A DNA stretch of 64,000 nt, taken from a virus (lineage: Duplodnaviria; Caudoviricetes). The DNA lies in the IMG/VR virus record IMGVR_UViG_3300031998_000004; one strand, written 5' to 3'. A program made the position numbers and the translations under genes. Position 1 is the stretch's first letter. The number at the start of each line of letters is the position of its first letter. The notes under the pieces are model-generated. The model was not told where the DNA came from. It did no database searches and was given only the letters and a program-made list of their open reading frames with translations. Shown here piece after piece: positions 9,907 to 20,321 of this stretch.

Positions 9907-11027
9907 TATTCCATATCTTCTTTTTTAATATGAACACACTTGGTCTTGATATCCTTATACTGGAGATCAAATCCAGGGTTATCGACAATCACCCAACAGA
10001 GATTCTTACAAATCTTTGGATTACGCTTTACCTGGTCAATATAACCATCTGTGAAAATCATAACTATATCCGCAATCTTTCTACGGAACTGTGGATCTGT
10101 TGCAAGCATTCTAAAACAAGGTTCAACCTCAGTACCACCACCAGCTGCAATATTAGGAGCTTTCATTTCCTTTTTGAATTCGGTCAAACTCTTGAACACC
10201 ATTATCTTACTTACTCCACTACCAAAGTACATAAGAACGAGTTTAAGTGGTTTCTTTGCAAGCGCAACTCCATATACCTCACCGAGACACGCTTTGATAT
10301 CTTTTTCAGACATAGATCCTGATGTATCAACCATTGCAACCATATAGTCCATACTATCGTACTTATCCTTGTCCGCACGAGCAATACGATCCTGACTGAC
10401 AAGTGTGTTCTTATGTGCGAATGCCTGACGGGGGTCATCTGGTGTGATTGCTTGACCAACAACTCTCTTTAACTCTTTCCTCCAGTCTTTCGTAGGTTTA
10501 TAGATAGATTCAAGTCTTGCTGCAAAAGCAGCGGGTCCACCACCACGACTCTTATCTGTTTGTTGTTTGAGTTGTTTTGCCATTTTAAGGGCGTTGTCTT
10601 TCCAGTCGCGCGCGGTCTGGTCATCACTTCCTCCATCTCCTTTATCATATCCTTCGTTTTTAGCTATTTCATCGCCGGTTTTGCGGTCTATATAACCACC
10701 AGCAGTTCCAGGAACATCATCAAGACTATTAGGTCCAATACAATCTTCAGGCTGAACTACACCTTGGTTTCCACTTCCACGGCTACCGCTGCCGCTTCCA
10801 GCACCTTGACCTTGTGACTGTTGTCCCTGACCGGAACTCTGTCCTTGTTGTCCTTCGCCACTAGCGTCACCCATTCCCGGAGGCATCATTCGACCATCCT
10901 GTCCCTGTTGAGCTTGCCCGCCCTGACTCGGTTGTTGAGATTGACCATTCTTACGCTGTTGTTGTATCTGTTTGCGGATGGCATCTATAGCAGCCTGATA
11001 TCCACTATTATATTCTCTCTGATTCAT
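9906..11027 (-). CDS. vWA-domain protein (DUF2201 C-terminal half) with Q/G-rich linker
   Basis: MIDAS DTSGSM, GGGT, FTDGY; DWRKELK motif. Confidence 0.85.
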   Translation of the reverse strand: MNQREYNSGYQAAIDAIRKQIQQQRKNGQSQQPSQGGQAQQGQDGRMMPPGMGDASGEGQQGQSSGQGQQSQGQGAGSGSGSRGSGNQGVVQPEDCIGPNSLDDVPGTAGGYIDRKTGDEIAKNEGYDKGDGGSDDQTARDWKDNALKMAKQLKQQTDKSRGGGPAAFAARLESIYKPTKDWRKELKRVVGQAITPDDPRQAFAHKNTLVSQDRIARADKDKYDSMDYMVAMVDTSGSMSEKDIKACLGEVYGVALAKKPLKLVLMYFGSGVSKIMVFKSLTEFKKEMKAPNIAAGGGTEVEPCFRMLATDPQFRRKIADIVMIFTDGYIDQVKRNPKICKNLCWVIVDNPGFDLQYKDIKTKCVHIKKEDME

Positions 11028-11030
11028 ACC

Positions 11031-11738
11031 TTAGTTAATGCTTAATTTACCATCCATATAGTCTTTAACAGCATCATTCCATCCTTTAATATAGTCGGGA
11101 TCAAATTGTTGATTGCTATCACCAGATCCTCCACCCTGTCCTTGATTCTGTTGTCCTTGATTCTGTTGTGCTTGACCACTTTCGTCTTTATTATTCATAC
11201 TATTTGAGGGACCTGATGGATTATCTGCATAGATCTTTTCATAACCCCAAGTATGATACTTGTTATCAATTAATCCACCCATACCTTTAATAGTACTAGC
11301 TTTAATCAATTTAAGATCTTCAGCAAGAGTGATATTCACCTCATAATCAGCTGCAATATTAGACTTTTTTATAGGATGTCCAAGTTCTTCGGCTCGTCTG
11401 AGATGATTGAGAAGATTATGCATAATCTCATGAGCAAGAATGAATGTCTTACCGGTGAGATCAAGATGTGATGTGAATTGTGGATTAATAAAGATATTGT
11501 ATCCGTCGGTGGCCTGAGTATCAACACGGAATGTGTAAACTGGTCGAAGTTTACTAACAAATCCACCAAGGGCTGGAAGGAGATGTCCAAGTGCAGCACA
11601 TGCGCGCTGTTGCTCTTCAAGCAATTTCTGCATGTCTATGACCTCGCCGTCCGGACAAAGAATGGTATCATAATCTTCCCATTTCTTACCGTTGCTATCA
11701 CGACCACTGTCGAATGCTTCTTTGACTATTTTTGACAT
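11031..11738 (-). CDS. Zn metallopeptidase (DUF2201 N-terminal half)
   Basis: T.ATDG..IFINP.F, HEIMH, NIAADYEVN. Confidence 0.85.
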   Translation of the reverse strand: MSKIVKEAFDSGRDSNGKKWEDYDTILCPDGEVIDMQKLLEEQQRACAALGHLLPALGGFVSKLRPVYTFRVDTQATDGYNIFINPQFTSHLDLTGKTFILAHEIMHNLLNHLRRAEELGHPIKKSNIAADYEVNITLAEDLKLIKASTIKGMGGLIDNKYHTWGYEKIYADNPSGPSNSMNNKDESGQAQQNQGQQNQGQGGGSGDSNQQFDPDYIKGWNDAVKDYMDGKLSIN

Positions 11739-11768
11739 GTATATATTTACTAAATTTATCTCTAATCT

Positions 11769-12110
11769 TTAACTAATCGAATTAAGTAATGTAGTAGGGG
11801 CTGCTAATGTAAACACACCCGTAACTGGACCCGCAGCTGTAACTAATGTCGGCATCGGAGTCATAACAGTACCTATAGGAATCATTATTTGAGCTGATTT
11901 AATATATGTATCAATAGCTGATGCTATATCAGATGAACATTTACTCGCAGCATTTGCAAATGCTTCTATAGCAGAATCGGGATTAAACTCACTACCGTCG
12001 CCAAGATTTTTTGCATTATTTAATTGAGTATTCATATCATTAAAAGCATCTTTCATGGCTTTATATATAGCAGTTTCTATCTGTTTTTCTAATACACTTT
12101 TGACTAACAT
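11769..12110 (-). CDS. Hypothetical virion/baseplate-associated protein
   Basis: IASAIDTYIKSA..T..GPVTG pattern typical of small baseplate spike-associated proteins. Confidence 0.45.
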   Translation of the reverse strand: MLVKSVLEKQIETAIYKAMKDAFNDMNTQLNNAKNLGDGSEFNPDSAIEAFANAASKCSSDIASAIDTYIKSAQIMIPIGTVMTPMPTLVTAAGPVTGVFTLAAPTTLLNSIS

Positions 12111-12460
12111 ACTAACATTTTATTTTCTTTGTATCCGGTGACTTTTTCTAATATGTCATTATTTCTACAACAACAAACATTATCAAATATTACTAATCCA
12201 GTTGCTTCATATAATTGTTTTTCAAAAATTTCTTGAGACGACAAACAATTAATTATTGTATGGTCTTTACAAGAAAGTTTAAGATTGTCAAAAAAAGACA
12301 TTTTTAATTGAGATGTTTCAAAAATTACATTTTCATATTTGAATATGTCTTTTAAATGATCTTCTGATGTAACATATAAACAAGAGTCCTCAAATGATTC
12401 TTTTATTGAGGACATCCTGATATATGAATTAAGATTGATTATATTTGATTTATTAATCAT
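12104..12460 (-). CDS. Hypothetical protein
   Basis: ORF overlapping neighbours in operon. Confidence 0.6.
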   Translation of the reverse strand: MINKSNIINLNSYIRMSSIKESFEDSCLYVTSEDHLKDIFKYENVIFETSQLKMSFFDNLKLSCKDHTIINCLSSQEIFEKQLYEATGLVIFDNVCCCRNNDILEKVTGYKENKMLVC

Positions 12461-12800
12461 TCTGTACAGTCATTCCCGATACTATATCAATAACTCTGTC
12501 CCCTTCAGCTTCGGATAATTTTTCATATACTTTACCGATCTGAAATCTTTGATTGTTAATAATCCTAATTGTATATCCCTGTGTCATATTAGACACCGCC
12601 TCATTGAATGTATTGTATTCGTGTTCAAACACAAAATAACCCTTCACTACTTCTTCGGCTTCACCGAGAACTTTGGTTGACGGAGTAAAATAAGAATCCT
12701 CTATCATCCACTTCTCCATGAGTTCTTCAATATTAGATTTGAATGCGTCTCTTACAGCGAGATTCTCTCTGACTAATTGAATATTACTTTTTGTTTGCAT
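12453..12800 (-). CDS. Hypothetical protein
   Basis: ORF track, operon packing. Confidence 0.65.
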   Translation of the reverse strand: MQTKSNIQLVRENLAVRDAFKSNIEELMEKWMIEDSYFTPSTKVLGEAEEVVKGYFVFEHEYNTFNEAVSNMTQGYTIRIINNQRFQIGKVYEKLSEAEGDRVIDIVSGMTVQND

Positions 12801-12807
12801 ATGCTCG

Positions 12808-13632
12808 TTATTTATATATTTCTTCTAATTCTTTTGCACAGTTATTGAGTTCTTGGAAGTTAAGGTCATCATCATAATTAAAATCAACACATCCAACAAA
12901 CCCTATAGGATTCATCTGTCCGTCTCGTAGAAGATTGAGGGCAAATTGTTTTACTCCGTTTTTGATACATCTTCTATAAAGTATGTCGTCTATCTCCTCA
13001 AGTTCCGAACTTCCATCTTCTTGTATTTTGAAATACACGTAATCTTCTTGAGATATGACCATGGGGAGATTGTCGTGTACTATTATATCACTATTCTTAT
13101 ATATTGTTGTATATTCCCTGAGGTCCATATTATTACGACCAGGCTTAAACTTCTCTGCTACTATATCAAATTTACAATACGGAATTCCACTTATACTTGT
13201 AGAACCATTATGGAATGTACCAAAGAATATATGATCACATCCTATTCTCTCTCTATAGAGTTTAAGTATCCGATGTAGTTTTGGTGCCTGTGTAAACTGT
13301 TCAATTATCTTATTAAAATGTTCTTTGTCATCTTCTTTTTTTCTTTCAGCCATCTTATCCATAAAGGCTTCCGGACCAGCATCAATTCTCTTATTGAGTA
13401 ACTCATATTGAGTATCTACTTTATCATTAACAAGATCAATCCGTGTATTGACATCGTCAATTTTCTTGTCTACATGTCCTTCAAGTTTATCAATAGATTC
13501 GTCGAGTTTCTTCGATGACACCAAATTCTTCTTCTTATTCTTTAACGCATCCACAATCAAGTATATTATACCAGCAAGTATTAAGCCTAATACGCCAAAT
13601 TGTGATATTATTTCTACAAGCACTGCTCCCAT
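12808..13632 (-). CDS. Putative holin, T4 T-like (TM helix, coiled coil, GAF-like domain)
   Basis: N-terminal TM FGVLGLILAGIIYLIV, FHNG motif, ..PIGFV GAF-like end; start revised to MGAVLV. Confidence 0.6.
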   Translation of the reverse strand: MGAVLVEIISQFGVLGLILAGIIYLIVDALKNKKKNLVSSKKLDESIDKLEGHVDKKIDDVNTRIDLVNDKVDTQYELLNKRIDAGPEAFMDKMAERKKEDDKEHFNKIIEQFTQAPKLHRILKLYRERIGCDHIFFGTFHNGSTSISGIPYCKFDIVAEKFKPGRNNMDLREYTTIYKNSDIIVHDNLPMVISQEDYVYFKIQEDGSSELEEIDDILYRRCIKNGVKQFALNLLRDGQMNPIGFVGCVDFNYDDDLNFQELNNCAKELEEIYK

Positions 13633-13684
13633 TGTATTGTTATTTGATTTCCATATCTTTTTATGATATAAAAATAATGGATAA

Positions 13685-14275
13685 TCATTCAGAAATCTCG
13701 GGGTTGTAATGAGCCATGAAGAACGCATCTGCTAAGTCATCGCATTTAAACCATTCAGGAAGAGACTGTATTCGCTTATCAAGTTTTTTCCATGACATTA
13801 TCATTACAGACTTTTCGGCAGCTCCGTTCCCTACAGCATACTTCTTTACTTCCGTTGGTGCTACTATATAGAACTTTATTTTCTTTTCGTGTAACTTCAT
13901 TCTAATCATTGCATTAAGAAATGATAAGTCCACAAGAGCAGCTCCACTGACACTTCCATAACTCACCCCCTCCATCGTCACCCAGTCAACAATGTATTTA
14001 TGCATTATCATATCCAGGACAACCGATATTGTCTCCACGAGAACAGCAAGATTTCCAAACTTGATAAACTCTTTTTCGTAGTATTTATCTACATCTCTAA
14101 CAGATACTTTTTCATATTCACACACATTCAACCAATCAATCCCTTTTGAGTACTCAAGTGACTTTTTGGTTATCTTTGAAGGAATAAGATAATATATATT
14201 AAACCCCCGCCCAGAAACGCACACACCAGTACTATTAACCGACGGGTCTATACCTATTGTTACGTGTTGTTTCAT
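13685..14275 (-). CDS. RuvC-like Holliday junction resolvase
   Basis: IGIDPS, MEGVSYGS, PTEVKK, DDLADAF catalytic motifs. Confidence 0.85.
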   Translation of the reverse strand: MKQHVTIGIDPSVNSTGVCVSGRGFNIYYLIPSKITKKSLEYSKGIDWLNVCEYEKVSVRDVDKYYEKEFIKFGNLAVLVETISVVLDMIMHKYIVDWVTMEGVSYGSVSGAALVDLSFLNAMIRMKLHEKKIKFYIVAPTEVKKYAVGNGAAEKSVMIMSWKKLDKRIQSLPEWFKCDDLADAFFMAHYNPEISE

Positions 14276-15627
14276 ATTATATCGTCTTTTATTTGAACAA
14301 GGAGTTCATCGAGATCACACGTGAATATCTCTTTCCAGTTGAGATTATGGTCTTTTGCCCATTGGCGTTTGAGAGGATCCCGTTGAGTCCATGTTTCAAT
14401 ATTTTCAAGATACTGTTTTGTTCCTCTTTTCCTCCAATTATTTACTGTTTCAATATCTTTTGGATCATTAGGATTAAACGGATGTTTTCCATGACTCCAA
14501 TACCCCTGAATTTCCAAATAGAGGTTACCATTTGGAAAATAAAAGTCACATGCGAATGGATACTCATTACTTTTATATTGTCTCTTAAATATAATATTAT
14601 TTTCTATAAGCCATTGTTCAAACAGCTCTTCAATTGATGAAGTATTGAATGTTCCGTTTTCTTTTTTAGTATTATAGATTTTTTCTTGAATTTGAGGAGT
14701 GATTTCTTTGAGATGATCTTTATATTCTTGTGTTTGTGTGTAATATTCTACGCCATATTTCTCAATTGAAGTTTGTTTGGCTTTATTTTGAAAATCTTTT
14801 ACTTTTGCAACATTATCCGTATTATATCTTCCTATAACGGTCTGTTTAACTTTTTCTCTTACTTCTTTTGTCTTTGATGCATTATCTACTTTATATTTTT
14901 TCAAGCACGTTTGTTTAGCTTTTTCTCTGTTTGAATAATGTTCATTCCCATATCTTTCAAATTTTGTTTGTTTTGATTTTTCTTTTATTTCGGCAACTTG
15001 AAATACGTTTTCTGTCCCATAGCGTTCGAGATTGGTGAGTTTGATTTTCTTTTGATTTGAAACATTATCTACTCCGTACTTTTTAATTTTGTTATTTAAA
15101 GATCTTTCAGCAATTTCTTTAATTTTCATCGGAGAACTCACGCCATATCGTTCAATACATGTCTGCGTAGCCTTTTCGTGATTCAAATAATACGGATTTC
15201 CATATCTTTCAAGCTTGGTTTGTTTATTTTTTTCTGTATTATTATAGTGAGCATCACCATATTTTTTTAGTTTGGTTTGTTTTACCTTTTCATAAATAGA
15301 TAAATATCCTTCCCCATATCGTTCTTCTTTTTTCTCTAAATTCCTGGTGATAATTTCAGGATCGTTGGTTTGACATTTAACTGAACAATATATATGATAT
15401 CCATGCGCAAAATCTATATAATTCACTTTATTATCACAACATTTGCATTTTGGTCTATCGTTCATATTATGATAATACAAATAAAGTAACTCACTAAATT
15501 TTTTCCACGGAACATACTTATATGTATCCAATAAATATTGATAGAATTCAGAAAAGTGTTTTTGAATATAAAGTCTTCCTAAATAATTCCTATTTACAAT
15601 CAGTTCTTCGATTTTTGGTATCTCCAT
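14272..15627 (-). CDS. Putative homing endonuclease: Zn finger, KQTxxExYG repeats, C-terminal PD-(D/E)xK domain
   Basis: CKCC..YCSVKC; many K.KQT..E.YG repeats; CDFY...YLEIQG.W.HG. Confidence 0.75.
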   Translation of the reverse strand: MEIPKIEELIVNRNYLGRLYIQKHFSEFYQYLLDTYKYVPWKKFSELLYLYYHNMNDRPKCKCCDNKVNYIDFAHGYHIYCSVKCQTNDPEIITRNLEKKEERYGEGYLSIYEKVKQTKLKKYGDAHYNNTEKNKQTKLERYGNPYYLNHEKATQTCIERYGVSSPMKIKEIAERSLNNKIKKYGVDNVSNQKKIKLTNLERYGTENVFQVAEIKEKSKQTKFERYGNEHYSNREKAKQTCLKKYKVDNASKTKEVREKVKQTVIGRYNTDNVAKVKDFQNKAKQTSIEKYGVEYYTQTQEYKDHLKEITPQIQEKIYNTKKENGTFNTSSIEELFEQWLIENNIIFKRQYKSNEYPFACDFYFPNGNLYLEIQGYWSHGKHPFNPNDPKDIETVNNWRKRGTKQYLENIETWTQRDPLKRQWAKDHNLNWKEIFTCDLDELLVQIKDDII

Positions 15628-15704
15628 CGATTATCGTATTACTTAATTTATCTCACAATTAAATAATAATTTATTTACTTTAATATTTAATTATTTTGCA
15701 AAAA

Positions 15705-15730
15705 AAAAGACTCACTTCGTGAGTCTTTTT
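15705..15730. terminator. Intrinsic terminator
   Basis: AAAAGACTCAC-TTC-GTGAGTCTTTT. Confidence 0.8.
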
Positions 15731-15759
15731 TAATGATTAACTAATTGATAATTAATAAA

Positions 15760-17607
15760 TTAACCGAGAGCTTCTTGGCCGTCAACGACAGAATTTCTGA
15801 AGGTATCACCATATGCCTTACCAGCAACAGCAAGTCCTTTCTGGTAGTCAGGAGCGGTGTCCCAGTCGACATTCCAACGATCGAAGAACGGCTTGAAGAC
15901 TGCATCGTACAATCTCTTCTTTTCATCCTTATCAGGTTGCTTTGCAATATAATCCTTAATACCGTGAAGTACAAAGAGTTTATCACGTGTTACAGTATCC
16001 TTGATGTCGCCCATAAATGTTTGTTTAAATATATCAAGAACATAACTTGCGAGTTGGTCATTCTTCTGATCCGCGAGCCATGTAGCAAGATTTTCGAATT
16101 CCTTATCTGTAGGAAGACTATCAGCGTGTGATGTAATAATAAGCTGTGCAAGGGGGAGTGCAATCTTCATCAAATCCTTTGCAGAAATCTTAACACTCTT
16201 ACCACCGTTCTTCCAAACATCAGCGGTTACACGATCAAAATCACCAATACTATGGATAACTGAAAGGAATGCCATGAAGGAATCAACTGCGGATGTGGGA
16301 ACATACTTATTCAATACACGCCCAATTACATTATTAGGAATATCGAAGATTGTGAATCCCTGAAGATCCCCTGTATGTGAGAACTCGGCAAGGTCACGCA
16401 TTGCATTTGTCCATGCGCGAGGAGTACACAAAAGTGCTGTAGCAGAAGCGTTCTGGATATCCTCATTGGGGTCCATGTAATAATACTTACCACCACTCAT
16501 GTTCTCTGATTCGGGAAGAGAAAGCCATTGAAGAAGGAGAGGCGACATAAACCCTTGCTGATCTGCCCATTTTCTCCAAGTATGGACTGTAGGTTCATAG
16601 TAAATATGAGCAAAACGGTTTAACATAGCGTTACCAAGTGGTGCTTGACCTGCGTCTTCATCCTCTGGACGGTTTGATGCACAAACAATACACCAACCGC
16701 TACCCATTTGCCAGCCGTTGAACTGACCTTCATTGATAAGAGGAAGACACACATTAAGAACTTGCTGTGTTGCACGAGACAACTCGTCGATAAACAACAT
16801 ACCCTTACCGAGTGCAGCATCAAGAGCAGCATCCTTTGCAGGATCACCTGTGGGATGATAAACAGGAAGCCATGTCTTAGGGACATCCTCTGCCTTTATA
16901 TTACCTTCGCCAACCTCAACATACTTTGGAAGCATGAAGTTATCAGGAGTTTCGTTTGAAAGGGTCTTTACGATAAGGTTGTAGTCATTACCAGCAGCAC
17001 GGAAACCAGCTACTACATCATTAAGAATAGCGGTCTTACCAATACCAGGAGCACCCCAGATAAGGAGTCTCGCTAGATTAGCTTTCTTAATATGCCTTGT
17101 AATTTCATCACGGAGTTCGGCATCATCACAAATAATATTCCATTTTGCCTCCGGATCTTCTGTATGCATTTTCACTTCGTTAACATTTGCTTTATCGGGA
17201 GTTGAACTTTCATATATCTCCTGCCAGTATTTAAATGTCTCGGTCTTACCGTCCTTTATCAATCCCAAAGCATCTTTGAGATTAGAACGAAGTCCAGATA
17301 TCTTGGCAGCTTCTTTAGAATTATATACAAAAGTGAAGTCATCTTTAGCGACCCCTTCCTTATAAGCAACGCCGGCAGTCATAGGAGTGATTGCAGGTTG
17401 TACCTCTCCTTCGTTGGAAACAGGAAGAACGTAAGTACCAATCTTTACAACAAGACCACGAATCCACTGCCATACTTGTTTGAATTTGTCTTTAACAGAT
17501 TTAAATACATCTTTCAATGACTCATCAAGATTTGCTTCCATCTCATTATGATCAATCATCTGGGATATAGATAATCTATCATTGAATTTCTCGGTAATAT
17601 TTTTCAT
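15760..17607 (-). CDS. MoxR-like AAA+ ATPase
   Basis: Walker A GAPGIGKT, Walker B LFIDE, ASNRPED, NRF, TPRAW. Confidence 0.9.
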   Translation of the reverse strand: MKNITEKFNDRLSISQMIDHNEMEANLDESLKDVFKSVKDKFKQVWQWIRGLVVKIGTYVLPVSNEGEVQPAITPMTAGVAYKEGVAKDDFTFVYNSKEAAKISGLRSNLKDALGLIKDGKTETFKYWQEIYESSTPDKANVNEVKMHTEDPEAKWNIICDDAELRDEITRHIKKANLARLLIWGAPGIGKTAILNDVVAGFRAAGNDYNLIVKTLSNETPDNFMLPKYVEVGEGNIKAEDVPKTWLPVYHPTGDPAKDAALDAALGKGMLFIDELSRATQQVLNVCLPLINEGQFNGWQMGSGWCIVCASNRPEDEDAGQAPLGNAMLNRFAHIYYEPTVHTWRKWADQQGFMSPLLLQWLSLPESENMSGGKYYYMDPNEDIQNASATALLCTPRAWTNAMRDLAEFSHTGDLQGFTIFDIPNNVIGRVLNKYVPTSAVDSFMAFLSVIHSIGDFDRVTADVWKNGGKSVKISAKDLMKIALPLAQLIITSHADSLPTDKEFENLATWLADQKNDQLASYVLDIFKQTFMGDIKDTVTRDKLFVLHGIKDYIAKQPDKDEKKRLYDAVFKPFFDRWNVDWDTAPDYQKGLAVAGKAYGDTFRNSVVDGQEALG

Positions 17608-17667
17608 TTATAGCTATAAATTTATTTAATCATTTGCCTAAATAATAGTTGTAGAAGAACCTGGATT

Positions 17668-18318
17668 TTAGCTACTATGTTTATCCACCCACTTTCTCCA
17701 ATAATTTAATATTTGTTCTCGGGTTCTTTTTTTGAATCTTCCCTCAGTAAATACAGCTTTACTCCATTCCTTTGGTGGAACCGGACGAATATCATGCATG
17801 AGATTTGGGATATATTCTCGAACACCGAAATCTAGTCCTTGACTTTGTAACTGTTCAAGTAACATCTTATACTGCATATAGGACATTCCTTTTTTAAGAG
17901 GATCATTCCATGATTTTTCATAAATGGGTTTGAATATAGAGAAGATTCGGTCAGCCACAATATATCTCATCTTCGGTGGATAGTAGTGAAGATTGAATCC
18001 AAGAACGCGAGGTTGACCATCTTGGGTTTTGAACTCCGAAAAGAATATTGTCAGTGGGCATCCGTCATAGTATTCGAGTTCCTCTTTAGTAGCGGGTTCA
18101 AAGTAATTAAACATAATCAACTGGCCAGGCATGATACTACCTTTACCCATTGTTTTAATGTTTTCATCGACCCATTTTCTAACCTCAACATCCCTAACTC
18201 TTATATTACTTTTATATAATTTTTCTTCTCTTATGGCTTTTATAAGAGAATAATCTCGAGGGGGTTTATTTGGTGCCGGCTGTATTAACTTGCTTCCTTT
18301 TTTAGTTTTTTCATTCAT
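17668..18318 (-). CDS. DNA end protector protein, T4 gp2-like
   Basis: PGQLIMFNY.P..K..L.YYD..PL and GFNLHYYPP motifs. Confidence 0.8.
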   Translation of the reverse strand: MNEKTKKGSKLIQPAPNKPPRDYSLIKAIREEKLYKSNIRVRDVEVRKWVDENIKTMGKGSIMPGQLIMFNYFEPATKEELEYYDGCPLTIFFSEFKTQDGQPRVLGFNLHYYPPKMRYIVADRIFSIFKPIYEKSWNDPLKKGMSYMQYKMLLEQLQSQGLDFGVREYIPNLMHDIRPVPPKEWSKAVFTEGRFKKRTREQILNYWRKWVDKHSS

Positions 18319-19420
18319 GATTAATTTCATTTATCTTGTTTTCAAATAATGATATACATTCATCAATTTTTATACTATAAATTTCAAGATATCTAATATT
18401 ATTAATTTTAGCAATATTTCTTTTCTTTACATCAAAAATACTCCAAACATATACTGCTTGATCGTAAAATTTTGTACTTTTATGTTTCCATTCATCAATA
18501 ATTTTTAAATCATTATTGTCTCCGTTATATGGATGTTTTCCATGAGTCCAATGTCCTTGTATTTCTATATATAAATTATATTTTGGGATATAAAAATCAC
18601 ACAAATATGGGTATTCTTGTGATCTATATTGATATTCAAAATTTATATTATTATTAATCAAATAATTTTGAAATTCTTTTTCTATTTTAGATGGTGTTCT
18701 TTTCTTCCCATCGATATCATATTTACCATTTTTATGAGCTCTAATTAACGAATCTGATAATTTCCTAATAAGATTTTTATTTTGCATTGCATACTTCACT
18801 CCATATTTTGATAACATTGTATTGGTAAATTTGTTTTGAACATTATCATTTTTCATCGGATTATCGCAACCATATTTATTAATACATGTTTGTTTACTTT
18901 TTTCGCGATTACAATAATACGGATTTCCATATTTTTCTAATTTAGAATGACAACACTTATTTTGTATTGATTGGAGTTTAAACACGTTATCAACCCCGAA
19001 TTTTTCAATACATGTTTGTTTACTTTTTTCTTGTAATTCTACAGAAGCTAATCCCCGACCGCCGTATTTTTTATTCATGGTTTTTGTTGCTTTTTCTGAA
19101 TTATTATAATAAGGATCTCCATATTTTTCTAATTTAGAATTAAATATAGATTGTTTTCTTTCGTCACTCAATCCCATACATTTTTGAGAACAAAATTTAC
19201 CATAACCGGCCGGACTATTTCTATATGGAACCGGTTTACCACATACCGGACATATTGGTTTTATATCAATATTGTGCAAATATCTGTATAATTTTTCATT
19301 ATAATTTGGTGAATCATCATACATAGACATGATTGCTTTATAAAATTCGGGATATTTTGATGTGATAAGTTTTGTATTATATAAAGCTCTAATTTTGATA
19401 TCTGGAGGATGCAATTCCAT
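18311..19420 (-). CDS. Putative homing endonuclease, paralog of 14272-15627
   Basis: CPVCG..FCSQKC; KQTC..KYG repeats; CDFYIP..YIEIQGHWTHG. Confidence 0.75.
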   Translation of the reverse strand: MELHPPDIKIRALYNTKLITSKYPEFYKAIMSMYDDSPNYNEKLYRYLHNIDIKPICPVCGKPVPYRNSPAGYGKFCSQKCMGLSDERKQSIFNSKLEKYGDPYYNNSEKATKTMNKKYGGRGLASVELQEKSKQTCIEKFGVDNVFKLQSIQNKCCHSKLEKYGNPYYCNREKSKQTCINKYGCDNPMKNDNVQNKFTNTMLSKYGVKYAMQNKNLIRKLSDSLIRAHKNGKYDIDGKKRTPSKIEKEFQNYLINNNINFEYQYRSQEYPYLCDFYIPKYNLYIEIQGHWTHGKHPYNGDNNDLKIIDEWKHKSTKFYDQAVYVWSIFDVKKRNIAKINNIRYLEIYSIKIDECISLFENKINEINHE

Positions 19421-19523
19421 TTACTATCTTTTTATTTGAATAAATAATAATTTTTAATAAGATTCTATTAAATATTATGTATATTTTTAATAAATATATT
19501 CAAACAACAAATAAAACTCACGT

Positions 19524-19790
19524 ATGAAGACTCTCTATTATCACGAATTTGCAAAGTCCATCGATGACAATGGTAATCCCATCCCGGCAAAAAAACTCAA
19601 ATGGAAAGTTCCTAAGTGGTCCCGTATAGCATTCGAAGACCCCGAATATTGTCTCAAAGTTCGTCTGGAGAATCAGGAAAATCTCAAATATCACATCATT
19701 CGTGTGGTTCAGGCCGGACGGCTCAAAAGTATAGGCATCCGACTCAATGCCTGGCTCTGGAACGGAGATGATTGGACAATACTAAAATAA
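19524..19790 (+). CDS. Hypothetical protein
   Basis: Only ORF in gap, AT-rich upstream region, followed by terminator. Confidence 0.65.
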   Translation: MKTLYYHEFAKSIDDNGNPIPAKKLKWKVPKWSRIAFEDPEYCLKVRLENQENLKYHIIRVVQAGRLKSIGIRLNAWLWNGDDWTILK

Positions 19791-19815
19791 CTCCTCATAT
19801 TTGAGAGAAAAATTA

Positions 19816-19842
19816 AAGGATGACCATTTAGTCATCCTTTTT
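19816..19842. terminator. Bidirectional intrinsic terminator
   Basis: AAAGGATGAC-N6-GTCATCCTTT between convergent genes. Confidence 0.8.
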
Positions 19843-19886
19843 GTGTTTTTTAATTATACGCGAGTTTTGGTAGTATTATGATGATT

Positions 19887-20321
19887 TTACCAGATCCTGG
19901 TGTAGATAGCTCCACTCATGTGTTCTAGGCTTTGTCCAACTTTGAGTTTTTCGAGATCCTTTGCCCAATCATCAATCTCACCAAAATCGTCAACAAGATT
20001 CTTCCAACTATTCATGCTATATGTTGCAACTATTCCGGAATTTGGATCATAATACATATAACCAAACTTGCCGGTTTCTCTTACATCAATCATATCATTA
20101 TGATTTTCATTGATATATTCTTTAATGTCTTTCATATCTTCAAATCTTTCTTTTAATCCTTTGTGATCAGTCTTTGCGAAATCTTCGATTTCCTTATCCG
20201 ACATATCACTATCGACGATGTCAAGTACTTCTTTCCAGACATCACTTCTTTTCATCTCGCCTTTTCTCACGGCAAGAGCCATTCCAAACAACCTTTGTTG
20301 ACTTTTACTTTTAGCGGGCAT
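19887..20321 (-). CDS. DUF3008-like protein fused to a CTS-like module
   Basis: MPAKSKSQQRLFGMAL..RKGE..DFAKT.HKGL; internal MKDIKEYINE. Confidence 0.7.
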   Translation of the reverse strand: MPAKSKSQQRLFGMALAVRKGEMKRSDVWKEVLDIVDSDMSDKEIEDFAKTDHKGLKERFEDMKDIKEYINENHNDMIDVRETGKFGYMYYDPNSGIVATYSMNSWKNLVDDFGEIDDWAKDLEKLKVGQSLEHMSGAIYTRIW

